A stretch of DNA of 64,000 bases from the human T2T-CHM13v2.0 reference genome, Homo sapiens (GCF_009914755.1 NC_060926.1), one strand, 5' to 3'. Counted from the stretch's first letter, positions 45,566 through 59,182 are shown. Made by a program: numbers and translations. The notes: generated by a model not told the origin, from the sequence alone.

Positions 45566-46488
45566 CTGTGTTTGGATTCTGCAGCCCCTGTATAAATAGG
45601 AAGAAGGGCAATTCAGACATAGTGAATGTTGAGCTGGGAGGAAGACGAAGTGTCCTGAGAAGCAATGCCTTATAGGAAAGGTTTTGTCAAAAGAAAGGTG
45701 AAAACAATGATGAATCACAGAGTAACTGGTAGGAAAAGTAAAAGGACTAAGTGATTAGAAGGAAGCAGTGAGGGAAAAACAGAATGGAAAAGAGAAGGAA
45801 GGCATGAGTGTGGGAGAGTGAGGGAAGCTAGGAAAGTTCTGGAAATGACATCGTCATGTGACCTGGCCTTGAAGTTCTGACTTACTCAAAACCAAAGAAA
45901 TGAGGAGGTGGCAGAGAGAGGGAGTTGAGAGGGAGGGACATGGAGAGAGGGAGTGAGAAAAAAAGGGAGCGAGAGAGAGATTCAGCAAAAAGACAAATTA
46001 TCAATAATGGCCATTTTTTAAAATGAAAAATGCTAATAGTTTTATTAGCAGTATCTAGTCAAATGTAATATGAAGACCTAGCCCCAGTGGAACTTTAAAT
46101 GAGAGAGATTTTTAGAGGTAGAAAGCATCTTTTTAAATGGAGTATCCACCACCCCAAGCAACTGTACATTCTCTTATAAATTGCACATGCTACTACTCAG
46201 AAAGTTGTGGTGAAACAATTATTGTTAGAGTTGCATGTTCATATTTGAAGAAGATTGTCTAGTACTCGAGTGCTGTACTTGGAGAAAAAAAGTTTAAAAA
46301 AATATTCAGCATCTGATGCTTTGCATTTTTCAAATTAAGAAAGTTTTTATTGTTGTATCTGAATATGGCTTAGGCATTAATTTTATTGCTCACTCTCTTG
46401 ACTTTCACCATTTGCTATTATGACAACTTGCTTATTAACTAAAAATGGGACATAATGAACCTTCACAATATGTGCCGGGTATTTTTGT

Positions 46489-46506
46489 TAGAGCCATCTG
46501 GCGACC
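46489..46506 (-). promoter_or_regulatory. Candidate CTCF motif
   Basis: Minus strand GGTCGCCAGATGGCTCTA versus consensus GGCCACCAG(G/A)(G/T)GGCGCTA; local CpG retention. Confidence 0.5.
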
Positions 46507-46950
46507 GTAGCGCACATCTCATTTGGAATTGTGCCAGCTATTGATGATGGCAAAAGGCATTGCCCATTCTCCTAATCTCCCTTCCCACTTGATAATTTCC
46601 TTCTATTTCTTCATTTCCCCTTATAATAGAAGCTTTCTGGGTTGTTTTACTCCACATCACCTCCTCTTCTTCCTTCTCATTGGACATACGTTACCCAGAC
46701 TTTTGTCTTCACCACCCAACTAACATTTTCCTTGTCAAGGTCACTGGTAACTTACATGCTGCCCCATCCCAGGATTACTTCTCAGCACTCATCTTACTTG
46801 CCGTATTGGCTAATTTACTCCATCTTTGAAACACTTTCTCATGTGGCTTCCAGGCCACCATACCTTCTTGACTTTTCTCCTGCCTCCCTGACTGCTCCTT
46901 CTGGATCTTTCTTAGAGGGTCCTCCTCCTTGTCCTGGCTTCAAAGCTCAG

Positions 46951-47240
46951 TTTTTTTTGTGTGTTTTGACTTTTTGAGACAGATGTTGCCCTGTTGCCCA
47001 GGCTGGAGTGCAGTGGTGCAATCATATAGGTCACTGAAGCCTAGACCTCCTCTGCTCAAGCAATCCTTTCACCCCAGCCTCCTGAGTAGCTAGGACTATA
47101 GGCATGCACTACCACGCCAGGCTAATTTTTTTATTTTTAGTAGAGACAGAGTCTCGGTCTCGTACTCCTGGCTCAAGCCCTCCTCCCTCCTCCACCTCCA
47201 AAAGTGCTGGGACCATGGGTCTGAGCCACTGTGCTGGGCC
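46951..47240 (-). mobile_element. AluJ
   Basis: Divergent dimer; TSD aaa(g/a)ctcagtttt. Confidence 0.88.
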
Positions 47241-47471
47241 AAAACTCAGTTTTGAAGTTTTCTGTTTTCACTGCTCTGCTCCACATCTTCAAGTGGCATC
47301 TCTAGCCCAATGTTTCCCAAATTGACCTCTCCAGCTCCAGCCTCTGCCTTGAGCTCCAGACCACACATCCAACTCTGCACTCTGCATTTCCCATTGGATA
47401 TCTAGCAGGCATCTCAAATTCAGCATGCTTCAAACCAAAACTTTTTTAAAGTTTTTTTAAAAAATTAATTG

Positions 47472-47828
47472 CAACCATAAAAAAGGATGATTTCATGTCC
47501 TTTGCAGGGATATAGATGAAGCTGGAAGCCATTATTCTCAGCAAACTAACACAGGAACAGAAAAACAAACACCGCATGTTCTCACTCATAAGTGGGAGTT
47601 GAACAATGAGAACACATGGAAAGGGGAGGGGAACATCACACACTGGGGCCTGTCGGGGGGTGGAGGGTAAGGGGAGGGAGAGCATTAGGACAAATACCAA
47701 ATGGATGTGGGGCTTAAAACCTAGATGACGGGTTGATAGGTGCAGCAAACCACCATGGCACATGTATACCCATGTAACAAACCTGCAAGTTCTACACATG
47801 TGTCCCAGAACTTAAAGTAAAATAAAAT
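47472..47828 (+). mobile_element. 5'-truncated L1PA8-like 3' end
   Basis: 'ggcttaaaacctagatgacgggttgataggtgcagcaaaccaccatggcaca...cagaacttaaagtaaaat'; TSD aaatt(a/g)attg. Confidence 0.9.
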
Positions 47829-48339
47829 AAATTGATTGACACATGCCAATTATACATGTTTACGGAGTACAGTGTGATTATTTGGTACTTGTATAAAACG
47901 TGTAATGATCAATTAGGGTAATTAACATATTCATTGCCTCAAGCATTTATCATCTCTTCGTGGTAAGAACATTCAAAATCCTCTCTTCCAGCTATTTTAA
48001 AATATACAATATTTTAGTATTAACTATAGTCATCTTATTGTGCAATGGAACACTAAAATGCATTTATTTCTCTTATCTAACTGCAACTTTGTACCTGTTG
48101 ATTAATGTCTCCCTCTCTCCCCTGCCCCTGCCACTCCCTTGGCTTCACAGCCTCTGGTAACCACTGTTGCACTCTGCTTCCAAGATGTCAACATTTTTTT
48201 TTTTTTGGATTCCACATTTGAATGAGATCATGCAGAATTTGTTTCTCTTCATCTGGCTTATGTCACTTAACATATTTTCCTCCCTCATCCATGTTGCCAA
48301 TGACAGGATTTTGTGCTTTATGTGGCTGAATAATATTCC

Positions 48340-48341
<2 letters not shown>

Positions 48342-48382
<41 letters not shown>
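48342..48382. repeat. (GT)~20 microsatellite
   Basis: Direct reading. Confidence 0.95.
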
Positions 48383-48384
<2 letters not shown>

Positions 48385-50549
48385 TACCTATTTTTACCCA
48401 TTCATCCACTGATGGACACTTTGGTTGATTCCATATCTTGGCTATTGTGAACAGTGCTGCAATAAACATGAGATTGCAGATATCTCTTTGGCACACTGAT
48501 TTTATTTCCTTTGGATATATACCTAGTAGAGGGATTGCTGTATCATATAGTAATTCTATTTTAAATTTTTGAGGACCTCCATACTGTTTTCCATAATGGC
48601 TGAACTAATTTACATTCCCACCAACAGTGTATAAGAGTTCTTTTTTCTCCATATCCTTGACAGCATTTGTTATGTTTCATCTTTTTTATAACAGCCATTC
48701 TAACTGGTGTAGGTTAATATGTCATATGGTTTTGATTTGCATTTCCCTGATTATTAGTGATGTTGAGCAGTTTTTCATATACTCATTGGCCATTGGTGTA
48801 TCTTCTTTTGAGAAATGTCTATTCATATTACTTGCCTCTTTTATAATCAGATTATTTGACTTTTTTCCTATTGAATTCCTTGTATATTCTGGATATTAAC
48901 CTCTTGTCAAATGCATAGTTGGCAAATATTTTCTCAAATTCTCTAGGTTGTCTCTTGACTATATTGATTGTTTATTTTGCTGTGCAGAAACTTTGTTTTA
49001 TATAATCCCATTTGTCAATTTTTACTTTTGTTGCCTGTACTTTTGAAGTCTTATCCAAATATGTTCTTGCCTATACCAATGTCATTAAACCTTTCTCTTA
49101 TGTTTTCTTTTGGTAGTATTATAGCTTGAGGTCTTACATTTAAGTCTTTAATTCATTTTGAATAGAGCATTGTAAGTGTGAGAGATAGGAGTGTAGTTTC
49201 ATTCTTCTGCATGTAGATATTCAGTTTTCCCAGCACCGTTTATTGAAGAGACTGTCATTTCCCCAGTGTATGTTCTTAATGTCTATCAAATATCAGTTGG
49301 CTCTAAATATCTGGATTTATTTCTGTGTTATCTGTTCTCATCCATTGGTCTATGCATTTAATGCCAGTACCATGCCATTTTGGTTACTATTGCTTTGTAG
49401 TATATTTCAAAGTCAGGTACTGTGATGCTTCCTGCTTTGTTCTTTTTTGCTGAAGATTGCTTTGACTATTCAGAATGCTTTGTGGTTCCATACAAATTTT
49501 AGGGTATTTTTTTCTATTTCTGTGGAGAACTTCATTGGTATTTTGATAGGGATTGCATTGAATCTGAAGATCACTTTGGATACAAACTAAAACATTTCAT
49601 ACATTCTACAAATCACTTCTTTCTCAGGCTTTCCCTTCTCAGCAAATGGTACCAATAACTTAAGAATCATTCTTAATTCCTCTCTTTCTTTCATACCTTC
49701 ATTTAATTCATTATCAATTTCTGATAGTTCCACTTTCTAAATACCTGAACACAGTCACTTCTTCCTGAAAGCCACTGCCACCTTATGCATTCAAGCTGAT
49801 GTTTCTTTGCCTGAACTATCACGCTAACCGTATTGGCCAGTTTCCTGTTTTGGCTAGTCTTGTTTCCTATCAACAGGCAGAGAGGTCTTGTTTCAGGAAG
49901 ACCAGGTTATGCCTCCTTTTTTGCTCAAAATTGCCCAATTCCATCTTTTCATACTGGGAAAAAGTGTCGAAGTTTTTACAATGGCTTAAAGGACCCTCCA
50001 GCTTTTCAGCCCTGCCTGCTTCCTCCGCTTCATTTTCCATCACTGCCCTCGCTCTTAAATCCTTATTTCATTGCAATCTTATTGGCCTTTTCAACAATAT
50101 TTGAACATGCTATGCTTGTTTTCACCTTCAGGTCTTCTCCCTTGCTGTTCTTTCTTCCTGAAATTCTCTTTGCCTTGATATTTTTGTGACTGCCTCTCAC
50201 ACTTTAGTCAAGCCTTTCCTCAAATTTTAATTTCCCCGATCAATCGAAAGTAGGGTTTTTTCTTTTTAGAAAACTTACAATTTGGGTTCTCATATCTTGT
50301 TTAATTAGCTTTGCAACACTTATAATTATCTGAAATTACATTGTACATTTATTAGCTTGTTATCTTTATTAAACAGTACAACATAGCTTCAGGAAGGCAG
50401 GGACATAGATGTTTGCATTGGTATGTTCCTCGTGTTGATACCTATTCATTGTAAATGCTCAATTAATATTGAATCACTAACTCTCTATTGACTGTCACCA
50501 TCCCTGAATACTCATATGTAATGAGAGTCTCAAAACTCAAAAAGAGGGG

Positions 50550-50556
50550 GGTGTGT

Positions 50557-50592
<36 letters not shown>

Positions 50593-50599
50593 CAGTGAG

Positions 50600-50637
<38 letters not shown>
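50550..50637. repeat. Compound (GT)n...(GA)n microsatellite
   Basis: Direct reading. Confidence 0.95.
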
Positions 50638-50639
<2 letters not shown>

Positions 50640-50659
50640 AGGTATCCCAGAATTACCTT

Positions 50660-50975
50660 CTAAAATAATCTAAAATAACACCCTGGCAGCAATGGGCACA
50701 CCGAGCACCCAGATATTGATTTCTAAATATTTTTCCCACATAAAGTAACTAGAACGCCTTAGAGAAATGGCTGATTCTGGGCCTAGAGTAGAAAAAATAT
50801 AATATAAGCCTAAAATATCTTGATAGGCCAGAAAGCAAAAATTGCTCTAAGACTAATGTGAGTGTTTCAAGGTAAAACAGAAAACATAGGTGCGACTTTG
50901 GAGAAATTTTCACTAGCCAAATTCAGAGAAATTAAAGCATGAAAAAGGAAGAAATACTATTTATTAAAACAATAT
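50660..50975 (+). mobile_element. L1MC-class 3'UTR fragment
   Basis: 'gcagcaatgggcacaccgagcacccagatattgatttctaaata...cttagagaaatggctgattctggg'. Confidence 0.7.
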
Positions 50976-53900
50976 GTTCAAAGTTTATGTGGGAAGGGTG
51001 AAAAGCAATGTTTTTTTGAGAGACGGAATTTTTTTTTACAAGTAATCCTTTTTTGCACCAGAATCTAATCAAGTTTTTGTGCGTTGTATTTGAATATTAA
51101 TTAAAGTAATCAAAAACAGCTGAAAAGCAGGAACTGTTTCCTAAATGAGGGTTTGATAATGTAATTTTAGGACTTATTGAAGAAGAGTCTTTCCCCACTC
51201 CTTGGCAAGATGAACCCCAGGATCATGGCAACTGCAAACCTGAGTCTCTCTTCAGGGGGCTGGCATCATTAGAAGTAGTGGGGTTGGAGGTAGCAGTGCC
51301 AGAGGTGGAGCAGCAAACCCAATCTGTTGGCTGCAGAGACCCTCAATGGGAACAGGTGAAAGCTACTCAGAGAGCCAGCCAAAGGTGGGGGTGAGGTTGA
51401 AGAGGTTAGATTGGAGGACTGACCACTCACTACTGATACTGGTACCCATATCCCCTTAGCTCAGCCTGGCCCAGGTGATGATGCTGAAGGTGGGAAATTC
51501 ATGCAGAGTGCAAATGACATTTTGTAATGACATACCACTCACATATAACACAAGTATATATTTGCCTAAGACTGGAGGGAAAATGCATTTCCCCAAATGT
51601 ACTATTCCTCAAAATCCTGGATTGCAAGGAGAGAAGAAGGAAGCTCCTGTAGGTGGTTAAAGGACTGCATGAGTTACAGCTTCAGGGAGCAGTGTGTCCC
51701 ATTGTGTGCCAGCATTATCTGGGCGAATTTTAAGTGATGATAATTTGCTCCTTTCTTCATTCTCTGTAATTCAGAGAACAAGCTCCTCGAGCTAGACAAA
51801 TGCATTATGCATCTTTTTAAAATGAAGGACCAAAAATAACTCAGGTAGTAACCAAACAAAGTAAAGATTATTAGGAATTCTTTTTTTTTTCTATACAAGG
51901 GCAAACTACAAGGGAAAAAAAGAAAAATCAACAGCTTTTCTTCATCGCTAATTAAAAAGTTATCTTAACGGCATAAAAAATATTTAGGAACAGTTGTAGG
52001 ACTAAGGAACATGATGGAACTGAATAAACGCCCACACATCTTTATAATGTAATCGAAACCTCACATGAATGTTTACGAAAGCATTTAGTGGGCAAAACTC
52101 GAAATTGCTCATATCTGTACTTAAGCATGCATTAAAATCATAATGAAGTAGAAATCTCAGAAGAGAGGTTGGTCTCATTATTGAATACTTTGGTAAACAG
52201 AATCCGTTTTTATTTTTTTGTTTTATTTCTTTTATATCTTATTTCTTTTTATAGTGTGATAATCATCGTAAAGAACATCAGTGTGCTTAGAGCAAGTATG
52301 ATACAGTGAGCATGAATTCATTCTGTAATGGTTCAGGTTCTTGTAATGCCCTAGGGTTACCATTACTGCTATTCTCTCTGCAGTAATTATGCAAGATTGC
52401 GTGACTGAGGATGGTGTAGTGCATAAAACCAAATGGTTATTAAACTCAGAACAAATCATGGATGTCCGTTCCTCCTATGAACAGGGTTTTTTGTCATTTG
52501 TCTGTCTCTTCACTCCAGCAAGATAATGGAATCACTTTTTGCTGAAACATCATTTTCTGGTGTTAACTCACTGATACTGCTCATCCCACTCTGTCCTGGG
52601 GTACTGCAATACCTCCTTGTCGTGGAATCTTCACAGCCCCTGTATTTCTCCTCTACAGTGAAAGAGACTCAAGCCCAATGCATAGGACAACCACCTCACT
52701 GAATCCCTGGTTTCAAGAAAAATTTTGCACTACTTTGAAATCAATTCAATGTGGTTACAAGAAAAGAAATGCCTGTTTAAGTCCATTTGTTACATAATGT
52801 TTTCTCAAATATGACCAGAAAACCTAATAAATTGTTGAGCATGTATTAGCTACTAATAAAGGTTATGGGTTATGAATAAAGAGGCATTGTTCTTTTTCAG
52901 CAGCATTGTAGATGTATCAAGTGTCCTAATTCTGTTGTAATTTAGGTTCAAAGTCCTTTTTTTTGAGAATTTCAAAGGTGAGGGATCCTGAGGCAAGCAG
53001 AACCCACGGCACTGTCATCTGAAGTCAGTCATTCAGCAATGAGGAGCTGAGGTTTTGCTGTGAAGTTTTATGCAGTTGTAGGAACCTACTGGTAAAATCA
53101 TAGCCTTTGTATATTAATGTTGTAATATGCTCTGCTACCATCACTGGGGCTAAATCCCGAGGACAACCTCCTTCTCTGGCTCTCTAATAATAATTCTCCT
53201 GGTCCAGTGGTCACTGCCATGTCTCAGTACTTAGATTGCCCATCCATGCTCATAATCAGAGTCGGTCTAGACAAAAATGGAACTGGGTGAAGTTTCTGTT
53301 TGGCATCTTCTGTTTACTCCTGTGTTCCCCTTTAGCCCCAGCCCCAGGCCTAGCCCCTTTCCTACCCTTTGAATATTAACAATTTTCCCCTCTGACTCTA
53401 TACTTAGCCGCCATGATTGGCTCTTTCTGCTCCTGTTTTTTCTATTGCTTCTCATTAAAACATCCCGTCTCATGTTCCATAGCTCTAAAATATGCTAGGA
53501 GGCTGAGGAGGCAGGCTTAATATTTTCTGACAAAAATGCTTTGTTCAAATTCAATTTCACATAATATTTTTATTAAGCACCTGTTCTTCAAAATAACAAG
53601 CCATAGAAGAAACGGCACGGTTTACAGAGTGGCCGGAGCTATTTTCACACTTCCACCCTGACTCTTACTGCCTATGTGATCTGATGCTGGGAATGGTGAT
53701 GTTAAGTGAAATAATTTTAAAATGTTACCTCGGTGGAAAAGACGCACTAGGAGATTAGGGACTTTGAATTATCACTGTACTTGGGCACCTAGAACAGTGT
53801 TTGGCACAGGCTAAGCACACAATAGATATTTGTTCTGTTCTTGTGTTATGTGCCACCCACTGAGCTACAGGCAAAGAGTTGGTTCAATGACATGTTAGAA

Positions 53901-54165
53901 ACAGCCCAGCCTGCAAAGGACGTGCTGTGCTAGCCCAGCAATGGGCCTGCCTGTCACTCTTCAGGAGCTTTAGGAGGCAACAATTACCGTTTCTTTCATT
54001 GGGAGCTGCTTATTCCTAGCGCGTCATGCTCTGCAGAATGACCCATTACCTCGGGCCACAGCCTGTCTGATAAGGGGTTGGTGTCTGACCCACCTAGAAG
54101 ATGCTCAGTGGCCTCAGAATTGTTGTAGTTCATTAGCTCTGCCAGACAGGCTCTGTCTGCTAGAG

Positions 54166-54275
54166 AAGGGGTCAGCAAATTTTGCTGTAAACAGCCAGAT
54201 AGTGAATATTTCAGGTTTTCTTGTAGAGACATAAAAATCGAGAATATTATGTAGGTACTTCAATAACAAGAGGGA
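54166..54275 (+). mobile_element. MER58B (hAT-Charlie) left end
   Basis: 'aggggtcagcaaattttgctgtaaacagccagatagtgaatattt...aaaatcgagaatattatgtaggtacttcaataacaagag'. Confidence 0.8.
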
Positions 54276-54741
54276 GAACTGCTGCCTTGCTCTGTCCTTT
54301 CTGCCTGGGGAGAGTCATCCCTGGTGGTGAGCTTGCCTTGTACCCCTGGCATCCACCGGAAGAAGAGTGACTGCTGAGGGGCAGAGCCTGGCAGGCCAAG
54401 TATGAGGTGAGTTGGTGGCACTGGTCAGTTTCCCTTTCTATACTGTAACACCCAGATCTGGTGGGATTCCCTGGAAATCATGGCTGTCTCACCATGAGGA
54501 GCTTGGCTGGAGCGAGGTGACTGCCTGAGTCACTGTCTCTGGACTGCCACCACTCGGTGCTCAGCAGTTGCCAGCAGCAGGGTCCTTAGTGTGTCAGTGG
54601 AAACCAGTGCAAGTTGTAGGCAGTGGCAAGAGGTAGCCATCAACAGGGAAGCCAGAGTTGGGGGTAAAGGGGCAGTGATGTGCTGGCTTTGTGTCCGCTG
54701 CTCTACGTGCTAGTTGGTGCATGCCTGCCGTAGGTGATATC

Positions 54742-54793
54742 AAAGCTGTTGGTGGATGGATTTGGCCTGCAGGCCATAGTTTGCCAACCCCCA
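54742..54793 (+). mobile_element. MER58 right end
   Basis: 'ggatttggcctgcaggccatagtttgccaacccc'. Confidence 0.8.
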
Positions 54794-55877
54794 GATGCCT
54801 GCTGGCTGAACTATTAGATATGGTTGCTTGGTCAGAATTTGAACTTCAGGCTTAGAAAGAGGGAGTCCATTATTTGGTCACCCTATGTAAGCAGACTCAT
54901 CATGATGGACAAACACTGAATTAGGGGCAAGAACTTCTGCTGCAGAAGGCTGTCTGGATAACCTTCCCTCCCAAAGTCCTTTCCTCCCTGCATGGTGTCC
55001 CAGTGTGCTGTGGCTGGGGTGGGGGTGCCTAGCTGGGAGGTGGCTGAGATTACTTTCCTGGATTCCTCAACTCTTTTTGTGTTTTTGTGAGAACTCAGGT
55101 CACTTCTGTCTTCCTTGCAGCCTTAAAATTCCTAACCACAACAAAGCATTTACTCTTCCCTGTCTGTTTCCTTCCTTGACCCTTAAGCTATCTTTTACTG
55201 CCTTTATCAGAACTCTCAAAACAAAGTGTCTCCCTCAGGACAATTGTACTTCTTCCACCTGAGGTTGAGATGTGTTTGCCTTTCCCAATCTGAGAGATCT
55301 ATATCTGTTTTATCTCCTAAACTTTGATGAATGAATGAATGATTTATAAACCAAAGGGATGAGGCTAAGCCATGTGCTCTGTATTATAACAACTCTTGGC
55401 TTGAGGCTTTCTCTATGTAATAACCATGCCAAAGACGTATATTTATTGGTTTGTTTATTGAAATTTTTCTTATATATCTTTTATTTATTAATTAGAAGTT
55501 TTCAAAGAAAGCTGGAAATTGTCTTTATCACTGGCCATTAGACAGAACATTTAGTATGGCTAATGCTGCTTCACCATAGACACACAAATGCCCCCAAATT
55601 CCCTAAAACCATGTTCAGCTCCATTTATTTAACAAATCAGAACAAGATTCAGTAGAACTCTCTGCTCCTCTTCTTTTGGGAACATCAAATGCTCAGGGTG
55701 TGTCCTCATCACTGCTCATGTACAGATTCATTGTGACACTTTAGGCATGAGTGATTAGGCCTTGGAGAAATGAATTGCTTAACCAAATGCATAGGAAATT
55801 GGTGATTAAAATACGATATTAAATTTAAATTTGATAGTTAGCAAGGTAACTGCCAGGTAGTCAAAAATACTCTCGCC

Positions 55878-56261
<384 letters not shown>

Positions 56262-56987
56262 TCAGGGGTCCTGGGCAATGTTGACAACACATTGAGAAAC
56301 TCCCAGCACTTGCCTTTCCCATTTCTAGGCATCTGGCACATCCCTCCCTGCTGACTTCCAAAATCATCTAAGATCAGTTTGATCAATTGTGTCACAATTC
56401 ATCTTGTATTTACCACATTTTTTCCCTTTTGTGGAAGTTGGAAATATACGTTAGTTTAGGTATTCTTAAAATTTTTGTGTTGGGACCTCTTGGACTCTCT
56501 GATGAGGGCTGTCTCCCAGCTGAGCATGTAAGCTCACATTCCCTAGGCCCGCCCTTGCCCCCAGCATTGGCACCCACTCCAGAGAGCCCATCTGCAGAGT
56601 CCTGCAACCCCAGCCAGTCTTAGCTCTTTCCATACACTGTGGCAAGATATCATTTATCATTGGTAAGTAGTTCATAAATTCCTTGCATATTAAAATGTCA
56701 ATCATTTACTTTATCAGTTTAAGCTGAAATTTACTTGCTTTTCTCAAGACGATTAAAGCTAGTGAGAAATATTTGAATGGTAATACTTCATTTTTAATAT
56801 TGGGCAATTTAAAATTGATAACATGGTTATTAATGTGGTGAGTTCATGAGTGGAAACAGTGTAGTTTGTTGTAATATTTATGCTTTTTTAATGCTTTTCT
56901 CTAGCTTGCCAGCTCTAACACTAGAAGCAGCCTCAGGAAGAAGAGGGTTAGAAGGTGGCTTTGGCCAAGGTCTTACCCATGATACAA

Positions 56988-57310
56988 TTAGCTAATGTTT
57001 CATGAGAGTTTACCTTGTTCCAGGCACTGTGCCTCACCAGTTTCCATGCCTTATTTCATGTTATCCTTATAACAGCTGATGATCTGGGTACCATTAACAT
57101 AAGCGCCACTGAGCAAGGATTTTTATTTTGTTTGCATGTGATCCTCACCCCAATTAGACTGCCTGGTTGATGTAGGTATCATCTATACATTGTTGTTGAA
57201 TAAATGAATCATCCCAATGGAAAGGAGGCTTAGAGAGTTTAAGTGACTTACTGAAAGCTAAACAACTTGTAAGTGCTATAATCAAGTCCAAATCCAGATT
57301 CAAGTCTTTA
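56988..57310 (-). mobile_element. MIR, probably interrupted by an L2 3' tail at ~57100-57210
   Basis: 'agctaatgtttcatgagagtttaccttgttccaggcactgtgc'...'gaggcttagagagtttaagtgactta'; 'ttgttgaataaatgaat'. Confidence 0.6.
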
Positions 57311-57639
57311 ACCTGTAGGTTGCACTTCCTTCTCTAACTAGACAAGAAGAGCAATGGCCCCACCTCTTACTTCTGTGGTTCTTCAGTTTCCCCTGGCCTT
57401 TAATGCATTCTGTGCCTTTTGATCCTCATGGTCATTAGAACAGGTGTGGTCACCCACGGTGAGGAAGCTGAGGGTGGGGAAGTTAAGAAATGATTGGCAG
57501 CCTGGTAGTGCACACAGTTGGAACTAAGTGAGGCAAAGTGCCTGCAGCTTCATAAGATGATAAGGTTCCAGTAGTGGAGTTCAATCTGCTTTAGCTCTGA
57601 AATAACAATACCAATCATCACAATGGCCAAACAATGTTC

Positions 57640-58275
57640 ATTTGATTTCTCTGCCCATAAATCTTCTTGCTCATCAGTCTCTCAATTTTCACACTGTTAA
57701 GGTTCTTCTTATGTGACAAACTGACCACACCCATTGTCCTGCATTCACCTACATGCTAATAACTCCCAATCTCGATCCCTAGACTTCTCCCTTGAGGAGC
57801 AAACCTATATTCCTTAGTGTGCAGGAGAAGCCCGTGGATGTCTCTTATCTGAGTGGCGTGTAGTCATTGCAACTTATCCTACTTCTGAGGAACTTATTAC
57901 ATCTGGTCTTTTGCCCTGTCACCAAGTTTATACCCATCCAGCACCCACTAATTCGACTCATCCCAACCTCATCCAGCCAGGCTTCCAAGATAACACCTCA
58001 CAATCATCTTTACCAATTCTCTGCTCATCCAAATAGTTGCCAAGTCCTGCTCAGGTCACTTTCCAATACCATCCCCACCTCTGCACCTCCGGGGCCACTG
58101 ACTAATTGAGGCTGTCTTCATCTCCTGCGGATCTACCACAAGTCTTCGAACACTTGATGCCCAACCTTCACATTTCATCTTCTTAAAACAATCTGACCAT
58201 GCTACAGACTGAGTGACCTCTCCTGGGCTCCTAATTTTTGGGGAGGAGACAGAATTATAGGCTTAAAATACCTTA
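57640..58275 (+). mobile_element. L2 fragment
   Basis: C/T-rich L2 motifs 'cacctacatgctaataactcccaatct...ccctagacttctcccttgag' and 'gtcttcatctcctgc'. Confidence 0.55.
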
Positions 58276-58482
58276 CCAGCTTTTAATCCTACTCCTGGAT
58301 AACATGAACTCTAGCCTGGGGTTGCCCTGTTGTCTTTCATATTTCTGAATTTTAGTGTTTACCACTTCTTCTCCTTCCTTTTACAAGATTCAGCCCATAT
58401 GTCGTCTCCTCAATGTGGGGCTGTCTTCACCTTCCCACCTTCCCTACATCCCTATGTCAACACTAGCTTGCTTGCTTTCTGG

Positions 58483-58784
58483 TTTTTTTTTTTTTTTTTT
58501 TTTTTTTGAGACAGAGTCTCACTCTGTCACCCAGGCTGGAGTGCAGTGGCAGGGGCTCACTGCAACCTCCATCTCCTGGGTTCAAGAGATTCTCCTGCCT
58601 CAGTCTCCCAAGTAGCTGGGATTACAGGCACCCACCACCATGCCCGGCTAACTTTTGTATTTTTAGTAGAGATGGGGTTTGGCCATGTTGGCCAGGCTGG
58701 TCTCAAACTCCTGACCTCAGGTGATCCACCTGCCTCGGCCTCCCAAAGTGCTGGGATTACGGGCATGAGCCACCACTCCCAGCT
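58483..58784 (-). mobile_element. AluSx
   Basis: Poly-T plus full dimer with 'cctgacctcaggtgatccacctgcc'. Confidence 0.93.
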
Positions 58785-58834
58785 GACATTAGCTCTCTAT
58801 CCAGTGCTTTCTTAAAGTCCTTCTAATGTACATG

Positions 58835-59182
58835 CAGTCGTGTGAAGCATAATGACATTTTGGTCAATCATGGGCTATATAAGTGACAGTGGTCAAATAA
58901 GATTATGATATCGCATTTTTACTGTACCTTTTCTATGTTTTGATATGTTTAGATCCACAAATACTTATCATCGTGTTACAACTGCCTACAGTATTCAGTG
59001 AAGTATATGCTGTAGAGTTTTGTAGCCTAGGAGCAATAAGCTGTACCATGGAGCCTAGGTGTTCAGTAGGCTGTACCATTTAGTTTTGTGTAAAGTACAC
59101 TCTATGATGTCTGCACAATGACAAAATCACCTAATGATGCATTTCTCAGAATGTATCCCTGTCATTAAACAATGCATGACTG
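58835..59182 (+). mobile_element. Tigger3a (MER7A-like) TcMar MITE
   Basis: TIRs cagtcgtgtg...taatgac / gtcattaa...gcatgactg followed by TA; internal 'gtagcctaggagcaataagctgtaccat'; 348 bp. Confidence 0.88.

Larger units (their letters stand above)
47442..49583 (-). mobile_element. L1MA4/5-like 3' end and ORF2 C-terminus
   Basis: 'gtaatgatcaattagggtaattaacatattcattgcctcaagcatttatcat'; peptide [19 protein letters not shown]; TSD-like aaac(c/t)aaaac. Confidence 0.85.
46560..50475 (+). mobile_element. L2 ORF2/3' portion, fragmented by AluJ, L1MA and L1PA8 insertions
   Basis: L2 motifs 'ttctcctgcctccctgactgctccttct' and 'ggatatctagcaggcatctcaaattcagcatg'; resumes at ~49585; ends 'aaggcagggac...taaatgctcaattaatattgaat'. 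Confidence 0.8.

Noticed and set aside
53845-55150. Possible ancient LTR surrounding the MER58B
   Set aside because: It looks LTR-like in composition, but I could not match termini or a family, so it is not called.
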